64,000 nt of DNA, taken from IMG/VR virus record IMGVR_UViG_3300023184_000025, positions 248,001 to 312,000 of that record; one strand, 5' to 3'. The notes beneath the pieces were generated by a model. The model saw nothing but the letters and a program-made list of their open reading frames with translations. It searched no databases and was not told the DNA's origin. Below, piece after piece: positions 19,801-29,834 of the stretch. Positions within the stretch are counted from its first letter, which is position 1. Each line of letters begins with the position of its first letter. Made by a program: the position numbers and the translations under genes.

Positions 19801-21430
19801 GTTTGATATATTCTATATAGGAAAAAAACCAGGGTTATTTGTGCATGAATGTGCAGTAACAAGCACGGAGCAGGCCTGTGAACTGAGTCGCACTCGATAT
19901 TGTTGGGTTGTAAATTACTTATCGAGCTATTCAGAGTTTAATTTTCTTTGGGAGCCGTCGCCCTGGCAAGCAAATCAACAACATGTATTTCCTAGTCAGT
20001 GGCAAAAAGACTCAGGTACATATCTAGTACCAAAAACTGGATTCACAGATATCAATTACCGCACAGACATGGTTGTTCAGACTAGACAATCTAGTGATGT
20101 ATACTTAATAGATCATATGGATAATTCTCTAGAATTGTCATTGAATACTCTGTCAGAAAAAATCACAATTAAAAAAGTGGTTAGATATTTTGACAATTAT
20201 CTTGACACTCTAACACGCATTGCTAAAACAGCCAACAATGACAATCTTGAATACGTTTGGATTTGCTCTACAATTTGTGATTATACTAATTTTGACTTTA
20301 CATGGCATCCTGATCCTTGGCAAAAAGAGTTGTTACATGTATTTCCTAGTAATGAACAAAAGTTTGGTGACACATTTTTAATGCATGTGCCAACGTTTAT
20401 TGAAAGAATCAAGGGTAGAGAATTACTTGAGTGGTATGATTTAAATTTTGTTGATTTACAGATCAAACGTAATCCAGTTCCAATAATTCAACATTCCTGT
20501 GACACACAAGTTACTGCACTAGATCCTGACTCTTTTTATGGTCCAGTAGGATTGTTTACTGTTCAAAATCCTCCAGCGGTGTACCCAACTGTTAATCTAT
20601 GGAGAGAACGAACCAAGACAGTTATTACATTGTCCCCAAACAACGATTGTGCGTTGATTCCACGAACAGCATTGTCTACAATCAACGCACAAGTCTACGA
20701 TTATCCGTACATTGATAAAACTCAGATTAGTCAAGATCTTGCATTGCAAGATATTGTGTTTATTAGCTACGACGAACCCGAAGCTGATGCAAACTATGAA
20801 AAATTGTTAACAAAATTTCCTCGAGCAAAACGTGTGCATGGCGTGGTTGGAATGGAAAATGCTCTGGCCGAAGCCGCTAGAGTTAGTCAAACACCTTGGT
20901 ACTTTGCAGTATTTGGAAAGACAGAGTTACACCCTGATTTTGATTTTACATTCCAACCAGACTATTTCCAACAACCTAAACATTATATCTTTTACAGCGA
21001 GAATCGTGTAAACAAATTGGTCTACGGAGAAATGGCTGTTATTATGTACAATTGCAATCTTATATTAGATAACATTGGCCAGGAATTTGGGTTAGATTAT
21101 ACAATGAGTTTCCCACACGAGGTTGTGCCAGTTATTAGCACCTATGGTAATTTTAACACAAGTCCATATCAAACCTGGAGAACTGCATTCAGAGAAGTCA
21201 GTAAATTATATGATATACAGTCTCGAACGCCAACAATTGAAACTGATTATAGAATTAATATTTGGGAAACAGTCGCCGACGGCAACTATGCTGAGTGGGC
21301 ATTGATAGGAGCCAAAGATGGCCGAGAATTTTATCTAGCATACAAAGATAACTATGAATACAGAAAAAATAGTTTTGACTGGCAATGGTTAAGAAATTAT
21401 TTTTCTGAACGTTACGGCAACGTTAGTTAA
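19799..21430 (+). CDS. Phage glycosyltransferase-like protein with three internal repeats
   Basis: Repeats FNFLWEPSPWQ..HVFPS / FDFTWHPDPWQ..HVFPS / FDFTFQPDYFQ; DIVFISYDEP. Confidence 0.5.
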   Translation: MFDIFYIGKKPGLFVHECAVTSTEQACELSRTRYCWVVNYLSSYSEFNFLWEPSPWQANQQHVFPSQWQKDSGTYLVPKTGFTDINYRTDMVVQTRQSSDVYLIDHMDNSLELSLNTLSEKITIKKVVRYFDNYLDTLTRIAKTANNDNLEYVWICSTICDYTNFDFTWHPDPWQKELLHVFPSNEQKFGDTFLMHVPTFIERIKGRELLEWYDLNFVDLQIKRNPVPIIQHSCDTQVTALDPDSFYGPVGLFTVQNPPAVYPTVNLWRERTKTVITLSPNNDCALIPRTALSTINAQVYDYPYIDKTQISQDLALQDIVFISYDEPEADANYEKLLTKFPRAKRVHGVVGMENALAEAARVSQTPWYFAVFGKTELHPDFDFTFQPDYFQQPKHYIFYSENRVNKLVYGEMAVIMYNCNLILDNIGQEFGLDYTMSFPHEVVPVISTYGNFNTSPYQTWRTAFREVSKLYDIQSRTPTIETDYRINIWETVADGNYAEWALIGAKDGREFYLAYKDNYEYRKNSFDWQWLRNYFSERYGNVS

Positions 21431-22541
21431 AAAAATCCATTACAGCTCTGGCCACAATTTCTGCCTGTGCAGTGGTAATTTGTGCATGCACTGGTAAACT
21501 CAAGCATGAGTCTGCTAGCCTTTCACTATTTGGAAAACTATCTGGGCCTGATACCCTAACATACACTGGTTGTTTATGTAACGCTAATGGAAATTGTATA
21601 CCAGTTTCAATTCCACGACTCAGAAGAAATTCTTTTAATTCATTTCTACGATCTGTTGCAATAACAAATTGATTATACACGTGAGTACTCACATCACTGT
21701 TTACTTTTGGTAATTGTATTTTATCACAACTTGATAAAATATTGTAATAAACAGATGCATTCTCTGTACGTCGTTGATTCCAGGTATCTAAGTGATCTAG
21801 TTTGGCTGATAAAATTGCTGCCTGCATAGAATCTAGTCTTTCATTCCAGCCAATGGTCTCGTGTACGTATTTTTCTTTTCTTCCATGATCTCTAAGCATT
21901 TTAACAATTTTAACTAATTCTTGACGGCCTGTAACTGCACCTGCATCTCCCATGGCACTTAAATTTTTTCCTGGATAAAAACTAAAACATGTTAAATCTG
22001 CTTGGCTGCCAATTGAATTTCCAAGGTATTTACATCCTGAACTCTGAGCCGCATCTTGTATGATTGGAATGCCGTTGGCGATTTTTTTGAGCTTTTTCAT
22101 ATCCACGGTTTGACCATACAGATCCACCACAATAATTGCTTTGGTTTTATTTGTAAGTGTTGATTCAATTTGATCAAGGTCCATGGTATAGTATTGATCA
22201 ATGTCGATAAAACGAGGACGAGCACTTAGTTGACTAGCGCACTCAGCTGACGCAACAAAGCTCATACTTGGAACAAGTACTTCGTCAGCAGGACGAACTC
22301 CTACTGCCCATAGACATAGCATTAACGCACTGGTTCCACTGCTTACACCTGCGCAGTCTTCGGATTGGGTATAGTCTTTCCAGGCAGTTTCAAAATTCAA
22401 AACTTCTTCCCCGCCAATAAATGAACTGTTGGTAATGCAACGTTCAATAGCCTGATCAACAGGAGTTTTTACTTCTAGGTATTCGCTATATAAATTTGCG
22501 TATGGTATTGTTATCGGCATTTTACTGGTCCTTGGTTCCAC
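21423..22541 (-). CDS. DegT/DnrJ/EryC1/StrS PLP sugar aminotransferase (DesV/EryCI-like)
   Basis: SSGTSAL, DAAQS, SFYPGKNLSAMGDAG, NERLDSMQAA. Confidence 0.93.
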   Translation of the reverse strand: MEPRTSKMPITIPYANLYSEYLEVKTPVDQAIERCITNSSFIGGEEVLNFETAWKDYTQSEDCAGVSSGTSALMLCLWAVGVRPADEVLVPSMSFVASAECASQLSARPRFIDIDQYYTMDLDQIESTLTNKTKAIIVVDLYGQTVDMKKLKKIANGIPIIQDAAQSSGCKYLGNSIGSQADLTCFSFYPGKNLSAMGDAGAVTGRQELVKIVKMLRDHGRKEKYVHETIGWNERLDSMQAAILSAKLDHLDTWNQRRTENASVYYNILSSCDKIQLPKVNSDVSTHVYNQFVIATDRRNELKEFLLSRGIETGIQFPLALHKQPVYVRVSGPDSFPNSERLADSCLSLPVHAQITTAQAEIVARAVMDFFN

Positions 22542-23893
22542 GAGATTCCAAATTTTTCATCGTCTCGAGCTTGATTAATTAATCTACTTACCACATGGTC
22601 GAATGCATCTAAGTATCCAACATCAGGTGGTAACGGTCTTATTGTTTTTTTAGAGTTAACAAATTCTTGCACTACAGTCTCTATACTACTATTAACTGTA
22701 TTTCCAATTATGTATCTTTCAGCGCCCGGGCGATCTAAAAATCCACTTTCGTGATATACATATACATCTCCCTTGACATCAACTGCCACAGCCACTTGAG
22801 GGAAGCTAGTTGGCACCATTTCTTTCCAGGAAATCATTGACAATGGTCCTGAATTTTTTCCATGTACCAGCGGTTCTAGTGCATATCCAAAATCCCAATG
22901 TGTAGTAGGCCATTTATTTGTTTTAAAATCTTTAATCAAATCAAAAATATCAACAAGATGCACTCTTTCTTCGTCGCTGATGATGCGAACATTTTGGCTA
23001 AAGTCTTCCCGCAATGTTACAAAATCTACAGGACGCTTGGTCCGTGAATTAATATAGTCAATAATGTTTATTAACTTAACAACATCCTTTGAGTGCCCAG
23101 GAAGTATAATCCAGTTAACTCCCACACGAACGTTGTCCGTTGAATTGATATACTCAATGATATTTTCAACAATACGATGATAGCTTTCAGAATGGCGAGT
23201 CACTTTAAATGCACTTTGTTCATCAACCCCGTACAGACTAAAACGAACAGCATGAAGGTCTTTCATTCCAGGATGTTGTTCTATGTATTTCCGAGTCATC
23301 ATATAGCCGTTGGTGTACAATTGCATTTTGTATCCACGTTCGGCGCCGTAGGTAATAATGTTGCCTAGATACTTGTTAGTCAGCGGCTCTAGACCCCCAC
23401 TAATGCGAAAACGGTCATCCCAGAATGCATCAGTTTTAATATCTTGATCAATGATCTGTTTGAAAATATCAAATCCATACTGCTCAAATTTCTTTTCGTA
23501 TTTGGCCACAGGATTTCGACCGCAGAAGTTGCAGTAAAACATACAGCTCATACCAGTGTACAGTCCAATACGATTTGGGTACATATAACTATGATCAATG
23601 GCCGCATGCAATGATCCGTTTGTTAGCAATGGAGTAATTGTGTTGGTCCAATATTTTGTACCGCCACCGTGATACAATATGTAATTCTGAGCTGGTTGAT
23701 TTTCTCTGAGCCCACTAGATATTATTAGTAGTTCGTTGGCAGATATTGATAGCTGTTTTGCAATTTCTCTTTGACTAATAAACGGATCATCAGCCAGTAA
23801 CTTACACACCTGTTGAGACACTGAGTCTAGGTGTGTAATATCTGCATTTAGCGGAGTAGCGACGTCGCTGTGTGTGTAACCTAATCTTGTCAT
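22511..23893 (-). CDS. desII: DesII-like radical SAM NDP-4-amino-4,6-dideoxyhexose deaminase
   Basis: YWTNTITPL..YP..IGLYTGMSCMFYCNFC, SGGLEPLTN, LYTNG, SLYG, TLREDFS, DVKGDVYVY.ESGF, YLDAFDHVV match DesII as I recall it. Confidence 0.85.
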   Translation of the reverse strand: MTRLGYTHSDVATPLNADITHLDSVSQQVCKLLADDPFISQREIAKQLSISANELLIISSGLRENQPAQNYILYHGGGTKYWTNTITPLLTNGSLHAAIDHSYMYPNRIGLYTGMSCMFYCNFCGRNPVAKYEKKFEQYGFDIFKQIIDQDIKTDAFWDDRFRISGGLEPLTNKYLGNIITYGAERGYKMQLYTNGYMMTRKYIEQHPGMKDLHAVRFSLYGVDEQSAFKVTRHSESYHRIVENIIEYINSTDNVRVGVNWIILPGHSKDVVKLINIIDYINSRTKRPVDFVTLREDFSQNVRIISDEERVHLVDIFDLIKDFKTNKWPTTHWDFGYALEPLVHGKNSGPLSMISWKEMVPTSFPQVAVAVDVKGDVYVYHESGFLDRPGAERYIIGNTVNSSIETVVQEFVNSKKTIRPLPPDVGYLDAFDHVVSRLINQARDDEKFGISWNQGPVKCR

Positions 23894-24993
23894 TTAACTA
23901 TATCAATCAGTTGATCTGCAATGTATTCCACTTCTAAATCTGTCAGCTCGGGGTATATGGGTAAACTCAATACTCGCCTGGCTAATGCACTGGCTTTGGA
24001 AAACATCCCAGGGCCAACAATCGATTCATATAATGGAATTTCGTGCAACGGAAGTTCGTAGTGTACTTTTGTTTCAATTTTTCTAAGCATTAGTTCTTTT
24101 TTAACTTCATTACGATTGTCTACGTCAACAACAAACTTGTGATTACAATGGTCAACATAATTTGATTTGTCAGTTAATGTTCTGATGTTTTGTTTAGAAA
24201 AATGCTCAATCCAATATCCTGCAATTTTACTTCTACGTTGCTGCCATTGATCAATGTATTTTGTTTTAACCATCATAGTAGCACAGTCAACTTCACTCAT
24301 ACGACTATTACTGCCAGTCATGGTATGTCCAGGTTTTCCGTTGTCCCTCCAACCCAACGCATATTCTTGCAACTTTGAATCATCAGTGACCACTGCACCA
24401 CCATTGCCGTAACAACTTAGATTTTTCATTGGATCGAAACTAATAGCTGTTGCATGTCCTATTCGTCGACCACGATCACTCAGCCAATGTTGTGCGGCAT
24501 CTTCAATTATGGTATTTGCCATAAGTTCCCAACCGTTGCGTATAGACGCACCATACAGCCCAACTAACACAATAGCATTGTAATTAACTAATTCAGGTAT
24601 TGCATAGTCTCGATCCATTATTCCATATGCATCTGTATCAACAATAGTAACGTCCCATCCTGAACGCAAAAATGCATTGATGGTAGCTGGATATGTAATT
24701 GCCGGAACTAACACATGGCAACGGTGGCCCCAGTCTCTTGATATGTAGTACTGTGCAATTATTTCCAATGCCTGTGTTCCACTATGACAAGTTATGGCAT
24801 ATTTGCTATTGTTTTTCTTGGCTAACCATGTTTCGAATTCTTTGGTATAGATTCCATTCATGAGATTACCAGATCGTAATACACAATCTGTAGCATCTAG
24901 AATTTCTTCTTTGATGTTGTTATACTGTTTTTGGAGCCCAGTAAAGGGAATTGTTAAGCCAGCTGTAGTAATTTTGAAATCCTTCGTGAACAT
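23890..24993 (-). CDS. DegT/DnrJ/EryC1/StrS PLP sugar aminotransferase
   Basis: HSGTQAL, EDAAQ, SFDPMKNL..GNGG, NSRMSE. Confidence 0.92.
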   Translation of the reverse strand: MFTKDFKITTAGLTIPFTGLQKQYNNIKEEILDATDCVLRSGNLMNGIYTKEFETWLAKKNNSKYAITCHSGTQALEIIAQYYISRDWGHRCHVLVPAITYPATINAFLRSGWDVTIVDTDAYGIMDRDYAIPELVNYNAIVLVGLYGASIRNGWELMANTIIEDAAQHWLSDRGRRIGHATAISFDPMKNLSCYGNGGAVVTDDSKLQEYALGWRDNGKPGHTMTGSNSRMSEVDCATMMVKTKYIDQWQQRRSKIAGYWIEHFSKQNIRTLTDKSNYVDHCNHKFVVDVDNRNEVKKELMLRKIETKVHYELPLHEIPLYESIVGPGMFSKASALARRVLSLPIYPELTDLEVEYIADQLIDIVK

Positions 24994-25888
24994 CGACTTT
25001 GGGATCGTAACCTAACATGGCACGAGCCTGATTAATATTTAACGCACCGCGACTGGGGAAGTCTGCATCTTTATCCCTGCACTCAATCTCGCCGCTGCCT
25101 ACTATACTTACAATCATTTCTGCCGCTTGTAATAAAGACACAGAGTGTGATTTAGTAATGTTAAATGTGTGATTTTTAGCACCGGGCATGGTGGCCGCGG
25201 CAACAATGCCATCGGCGGCATCGTCAACATAGGTAAAGTCTAAGGTTTCGTTGGCACCGTTTACTTTTAATGTGCCACCACGCATGGCAGTAAGCATAAA
25301 TTTAGCAACCACACGATCTTCCACATCCAGGGGTCCATACACAGCACTGGGACGAATGATAACAAATTCCATGCCAGTTCGTCGAGCATAGTCTTTGACC
25401 AACCACTCCCCTGCCAGCTTCATAATACCATACTGTCCCTGAGGGTTGCAGACAGCATCTTCTTCAACTTGATCAGTAAAGTCGCCATATACCATTGAAC
25501 TACTAATGTAAACAAATCGACGAACACCGTGCTTTTTGGCACTCTCAAGCAGATTAATCAAGCCCTCCATCATAACACGACTGCCATTGGCTGGATTGGC
25601 ATTGACAACTTTTTGCCTTGGAAAACTTGCCATGTGTACAACCACTTCGGGTTGTTGCACCTGCATCACATAATCAACTGTGTCTGCAGTCTCAATAGAT
25701 GCATTATAAAAACCAGGATGGGGGATTTTTTTAATACGCTCTTCCATCAAATAGTCCAACTCACTTTGTGGAATAATACCATAGGTTGTTTTGTTATCAA
25801 TGATTGAGGTTGTATGGTCAAGATTTTGTAATCTTGCTATGACGTTGTGACCAATAAGGCCTAACCCACCTGTTACTAGTATTTTCAT
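24920..25888 (-). CDS. NAD-dependent NDP-sugar epimerase/dehydratase (extended SDR)
   Basis: TGGLGLIG, SSSMVYG, YGIMK, VYGP, DFTYVDD. Confidence 0.92.
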   Translation of the reverse strand: MKILVTGGLGLIGHNVIARLQNLDHTTSIIDNKTTYGIIPQSELDYLMEERIKKIPHPGFYNASIETADTVDYVMQVQQPEVVVHMASFPRQKVVNANPANGSRVMMEGLINLLESAKKHGVRRFVYISSSMVYGDFTDQVEEDAVCNPQGQYGIMKLAGEWLVKDYARRTGMEFVIIRPSAVYGPLDVEDRVVAKFMLTAMRGGTLKVNGANETLDFTYVDDAADGIVAAATMPGAKNHTFNITKSHSVSLLQAAEMIVSIVGSGEIECRDKDADFPSRGALNINQARAMLGYDPKVDVHEGFQNYYSWLNNSLYWAPKTV

Positions 25889-25889
25889 T

Positions 25890-27071
25890 TTATATTGCCT
25901 TGTTTGTATTATCTATTTCTGGATTGTAGAACAATCTAGCCAGTGGAACAGCACTCACAGTACTGATCAAACTCATAATCACTACGGCAGCAAACATATT
26001 AACACTAATAATGTTGGCTGTCAATAACATGGTGACTAAAAAGATTTCCATTAGGCCTTTGTTTTGTAGCAAAGCAGTTTTGAAACAAACAACTCTGAGC
26101 CCTTGATCTCTGTAAGCCAACCAAACACCCACAAACTTAGTCCCGACAGCAATGATATACATTACAACTGCGCCTAGTAGGATAGTTTCTAAATCTAAGG
26201 TCCACGATGTCTTCAAACCAGCCCAAATAAAGAATACAGGCATCAACCAGACCATTTGCTGTTCAGCCATTCCTTCGTTCCATTCGATAGTGTGTCGTGG
26301 AGTAATCATACCTGCCAAGAACGCACCCAATACATAGTGCAATCCGGCCCAGTGACTAAAAGCCGCCATACACAATACCATGGCAACTGTTAAATTAGCA
26401 TAGGCATGTTTGCCAGCTAACTCTAAAATCTTTGGCCATGTATAATATAGAACTGTTAGTACTGCAAAGAAGATGCCTGAATAAAGAGCATACTTACCCA
26501 TACTTACAATTACAGCAACAGTGACCCACAAGACCAAATCGTCAAAGGTGACTAGAGCAAGTAATTTACGATACATGTCGCTACCGTACAATCCAACTTC
26601 TTTACAAGCTATGACCAACATCGGCATAGCAGTAATACAGGTAGCCACACCCATGCCCCAGGCATACTGCCAGAAAGGTCGTTCGGTAGTGTGCCAAACA
26701 GGATTGTCAAAGAACAACATGAAAGCACCACCGGCTAACAGGATGGGCACAATGATCACATTGAACGCTTGGCCCCAAATCTTGTTACCTTCTTGTGCTA
26801 TAACTTCTTTGGGTTTAAGTTCGATGCCAGCAATAAAGGCAAAGATTGAAATTGCTAAAATTTGAATAGCATCTAATCCTGTTTTGATTGGCGTAGTAAA
26901 TATTGTGCTAAACAGTTCGGGATAAAACTGTCCCAATGCACTTGGTCCCATGCAGATACCAAAGGCAATCTGCGCCATTGGTAACGGAATCCACTTTTCT
27001 AAACGTGTAATTTTTAAAATTAGCCACGGTACAAATACCATTGCGGCTATAATGAATAGTAAATTTCCCAT
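25890..27071 (-). CDS. Cation:proton antiporter (CPA2 family)
   Basis: Highly hydrophobic; ITAMPML, TFDD, LGAFLAG, PVFF..AGL, KG. Confidence 0.85.
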   Translation of the reverse strand: MGNLLFIIAAMVFVPWLILKITRLEKWIPLPMAQIAFGICMGPSALGQFYPELFSTIFTTPIKTGLDAIQILAISIFAFIAGIELKPKEVIAQEGNKIWGQAFNVIIVPILLAGGAFMLFFDNPVWHTTERPFWQYAWGMGVATCITAMPMLVIACKEVGLYGSDMYRKLLALVTFDDLVLWVTVAVIVSMGKYALYSGIFFAVLTVLYYTWPKILELAGKHAYANLTVAMVLCMAAFSHWAGLHYVLGAFLAGMITPRHTIEWNEGMAEQQMVWLMPVFFIWAGLKTSWTLDLETILLGAVVMYIIAVGTKFVGVWLAYRDQGLRVVCFKTALLQNKGLMEIFLVTMLLTANIISVNMFAAVVIMSLISTVSAVPLARLFYNPEIDNTNKAI

Positions 27072-27072
27072 A

Positions 27073-27333
27073 TTATTTCCCTTGTGTTTTTATCCAGAGT
27101 TCGTAGTAAGGGTCAAATCTCCAGTCCTGCGGCGGATCAAGCGGATCAAACTTCCAGGGATGTGTTTCTGGAGTTTCTGCAGGTATTGGAAATCTTTTTT
27201 GATAGCTAGAAAGAATATAGTCTCGAATCTGCTGATTACTGTATTGATCAGCGTACATTCCATCCACCAAAGGCTCAGGACTTTCAATTGATTTGAAAAA
27301 CCTAAAGATATTTATCCCCATCTGAGTTTCCAA
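27073..27333 (-). CDS. Hypothetical protein
   Basis: ORF in operon; TPETHPWKFDPLDPP. Confidence 0.55.
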   Translation of the reverse strand: METQMGINIFRFFKSIESPEPLVDGMYADQYSNQQIRDYILSSYQKRFPIPAETPETHPWKFDPLDPPQDWRFDPYYELWIKTQGK

Positions 27334-27641
27334 TAAGTTTCGCTTTGCTCGCTGAGTCTGGCTATAATACGATACAAGTGCCCATAACTAGAAATATCTG
27401 CTTGACGAATCCAGTAAGGTTTGTCCACAGCATGTTCCATGATAAACTTACCAGCGTCTGATTCCTGCCACTCATATATAGGTTGTGCCACATACAAATC
27501 AGGATCTTCTACATCGCCCATGCGGATCTCGTGTACACATACATCACGAAACTTTACAGCCCGATCTCTAATGATTTTAACCTGTTCGGGTTGCCATTGC
27601 TTGTATTCTGATTTGTGATCATAGATATCCGACATCGTCAT
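27312..27641 (-). CDS. Hypothetical phage protein (ends YWKLRWG; member of small paralog family)
   Basis: GDVEDPDLY motif; C-terminal family motif. Confidence 0.65.
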   Translation of the reverse strand: MTMSDIYDHKSEYKQWQPEQVKIIRDRAVKFRDVCVHEIRMGDVEDPDLYVAQPIYEWQESDAGKFIMEHAVDKPYWIRQADISSYGHLYRIIARLSEQSETYWKLRWG

Positions 27642-27659
27642 ATTATAACAAGTTTTTAT

Positions 27660-28868
27660 TTAAAGAGCAATGGCAGTAGCTAGTTCTGGAAAAGTATCTT
27701 TGAAATTTTCATTACGTATGACATCTAATGCTTGACTAATAGATAAAAATTTGTCCCAGGCATTTGAGTCAGCAGGTTGATTTATTACATTGATAATATC
27801 GTTGAATTCGGGATCAGTTTGTAATTTTGCAATGACCTTTTCTTTTATTTTATTGGGCATATTTTTAATAAAAAGATGATCTGGATTAACCAACAAATTC
27901 CAAAAAGGAGATTGTGGTAACAGTTTTGTTATCTCTTGTTTTATTTCTGGCAGACTGAATACATTAAACACATTAACTGTGGTAATACAATCAATAAAAA
28001 ATTTGGTGTTTTTTTCTTTAAAATATTTCTGCCATAGTAAAATATTATCAACAACGTCTTTGTATTTGATCCCATGGCGAATATATTCAAATTGTTTATC
28101 AATGCCGTCGATACTTACACCAATTTCAACTTCATTGAATTCATGTATTCTGGGAACTTTGTCAATGAGATTAACACTACCATTGGTGTTGATATATAAA
28201 TTTAATTGTTTGCTATGTCCATTTTCTGCAATTCGATCTAGTAGACCCAGCACTTTTTTATTGTATAACGGCTCGCCACCAAACAACTCTAGTCTTTTTA
28301 AATTTTTAGATAATTCATATATTTCGTCAAGTTGTTCCGTGCTCCAATTTTTTTCTGATACATTGATTGCATAGTGCCCTGGACCTATTGCCTGAGCTAA
28401 CTTATTGGCATCTTCGACCCAGCGACTACTATCTCCTGGATGGCACACACGACATTTAGCATTGCACACATTGCCATTTTTAATAGTTAGTATTTTAGGA
28501 CCTTTTAGATATTCTTTTTGTGCCAGTCCTTCTATCATTTCTTGTACAATGGTAGAATTATTAATAACAGAATAATCGCTGGTTTTGGTTTGAGAATTGT
28601 ATAATCTCAAACGGAGACTTTGTTTGTTGTTGTCTTCTTCATGCCAACATCGTTGACACATGTCGGGTCGTTGGTTATTCAAAAATTGATGTCTTAATGA
28701 CTCTAGATCTGCACTGGCCCATCGTTGCTGAATGGTACCATAATCTTGTGTCCAAGTGGTGCCACCTAGATACGGACACGGACTAAATGATTTCGTGGGA
28801 TGAGTTGTTAACTGTAAGAAAGGTGCTACACAAAAATTTTGTGGTAAGTTAAACATCTGTGTTGGCAA
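27660..28868 (-). CDS. Radical SAM/Twitch enzyme
   Basis: CVAPF..PC..CQRC, CNAKCRVC, FGGEP. Confidence 0.88.
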   Translation of the reverse strand: MPTQMFNLPQNFCVAPFLQLTTHPTKSFSPCPYLGGTTWTQDYGTIQQRWASADLESLRHQFLNNQRPDMCQRCWHEEDNNKQSLRLRLYNSQTKTSDYSVINNSTIVQEMIEGLAQKEYLKGPKILTIKNGNVCNAKCRVCHPGDSSRWVEDANKLAQAIGPGHYAINVSEKNWSTEQLDEIYELSKNLKRLELFGGEPLYNKKVLGLLDRIAENGHSKQLNLYINTNGSVNLIDKVPRIHEFNEVEIGVSIDGIDKQFEYIRHGIKYKDVVDNILLWQKYFKEKNTKFFIDCITTVNVFNVFSLPEIKQEITKLLPQSPFWNLLVNPDHLFIKNMPNKIKEKVIAKLQTDPEFNDIINVINQPADSNAWDKFLSISQALDVIRNENFKDTFPELATAIAL

Positions 28869-29526
28869 CTAATTCCGCCGCCAATGGGAAGATTGCTGTA
28901 ATGGCTTCAGCACAGGCTCGGGCAACTTCTTGGTGTTCTTTTTGTGTACCGTTGGCACTACGCAATTCAATAAAGTGAATCCATGAACGCAAGGTGCCAT
29001 TCATGTATAGTCTGCTTTCAATCAGGCCTTCGGGCAACACAGCTCGAGCTTGTTCTTTTGCAATGCCTTTTTCTATAGCTTCTGCGTAGGTTTGTTTGAC
29101 AGTTTCAATAATGAATTTTTGTTTAGCATCCCACCAGGCAGTTAGTTCTGCATTATTGATTTCTATGCTGTTCTGTCTATTTTTTACGTCTTGGAGTCTA
29201 GCTTCTCTCGTAACAAAATTGAGATCCTTCGTTGGATCAGCATAGCGTTGACTGAACTCTTGAAAGCTGAAACTTCTGTGTCTAAGGATTTGTCTGGCAA
29301 TATCTCTTGTGGTTGTGATTTCCATGCAGGCTGACACCATTTCGAGTGGACTCCAGTGCTGGTGCTTGACCAAGTATCGGATAAGTTTGTCTGATGTATC
29401 TGTGTTGAGCTGATTGGAGGGATTGCTGACACGGGCGCAATACGCAATGAGTTCCTGCGCATCTGCGATTCCCATATCTGCAAATCTCTCTGTTGGCTGT
29501 GAATAGGATAGTAATTGAACATCCAT
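28849..29526 (-). CDS. thyX: FAD-dependent thymidylate synthase
   Basis: HWSPLE, RQILRHRSFSFQEFSQRY, ARAVLP, QKEH. Confidence 0.97.
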   Translation of the reverse strand: MDVQLLSYSQPTERFADMGIADAQELIAYCARVSNPSNQLNTDTSDKLIRYLVKHQHWSPLEMVSACMEITTTRDIARQILRHRSFSFQEFSQRYADPTKDLNFVTREARLQDVKNRQNSIEINNAELTAWWDAKQKFIIETVKQTYAEAIEKGIAKEQARAVLPEGLIESRLYMNGTLRSWIHFIELRSANGTQKEHQEVARACAEAITAIFPLAAELVANTDV

Positions 29527-29531
29527 GATAT

Positions 29532-29834
29532 TTATAAATTGCCTAATAGTTTATCTGTTTCGGGTTGAAGAATATCAGCCACAGCCTCGATGTCAAGAAT
29601 AAAATCCATGTTAACAATGTCATCTTGGTTTTCTTGAATAAAACGTTCAACAACTACATGAATATCATCAATGTTAAGGCCTTGCTTTTTTAATGCTTGA
29701 AAGTTGATGGTTTTTTGCTTTTTATCAACAAGTTTAAAAACCATTTTCTTAACACACTCAAGAGGAATATGATTTAAATCAACATCATTGATAATCGCCT
29801 CCCACTTTTTTAAAAAGTCCTCACCTCGTTGCAT
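29532..29834 (-). CDS. Hypothetical phage protein
   Basis: ORF in operon. Confidence 0.65.
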   Translation of the reverse strand: MQRGEDFLKKWEAIINDVDLNHIPLECVKKMVFKLVDKKQKTINFQALKKQGLNIDDIHVVVERFIQENQDDIVNMDFILDIEAVADILQPETDKLLGNL

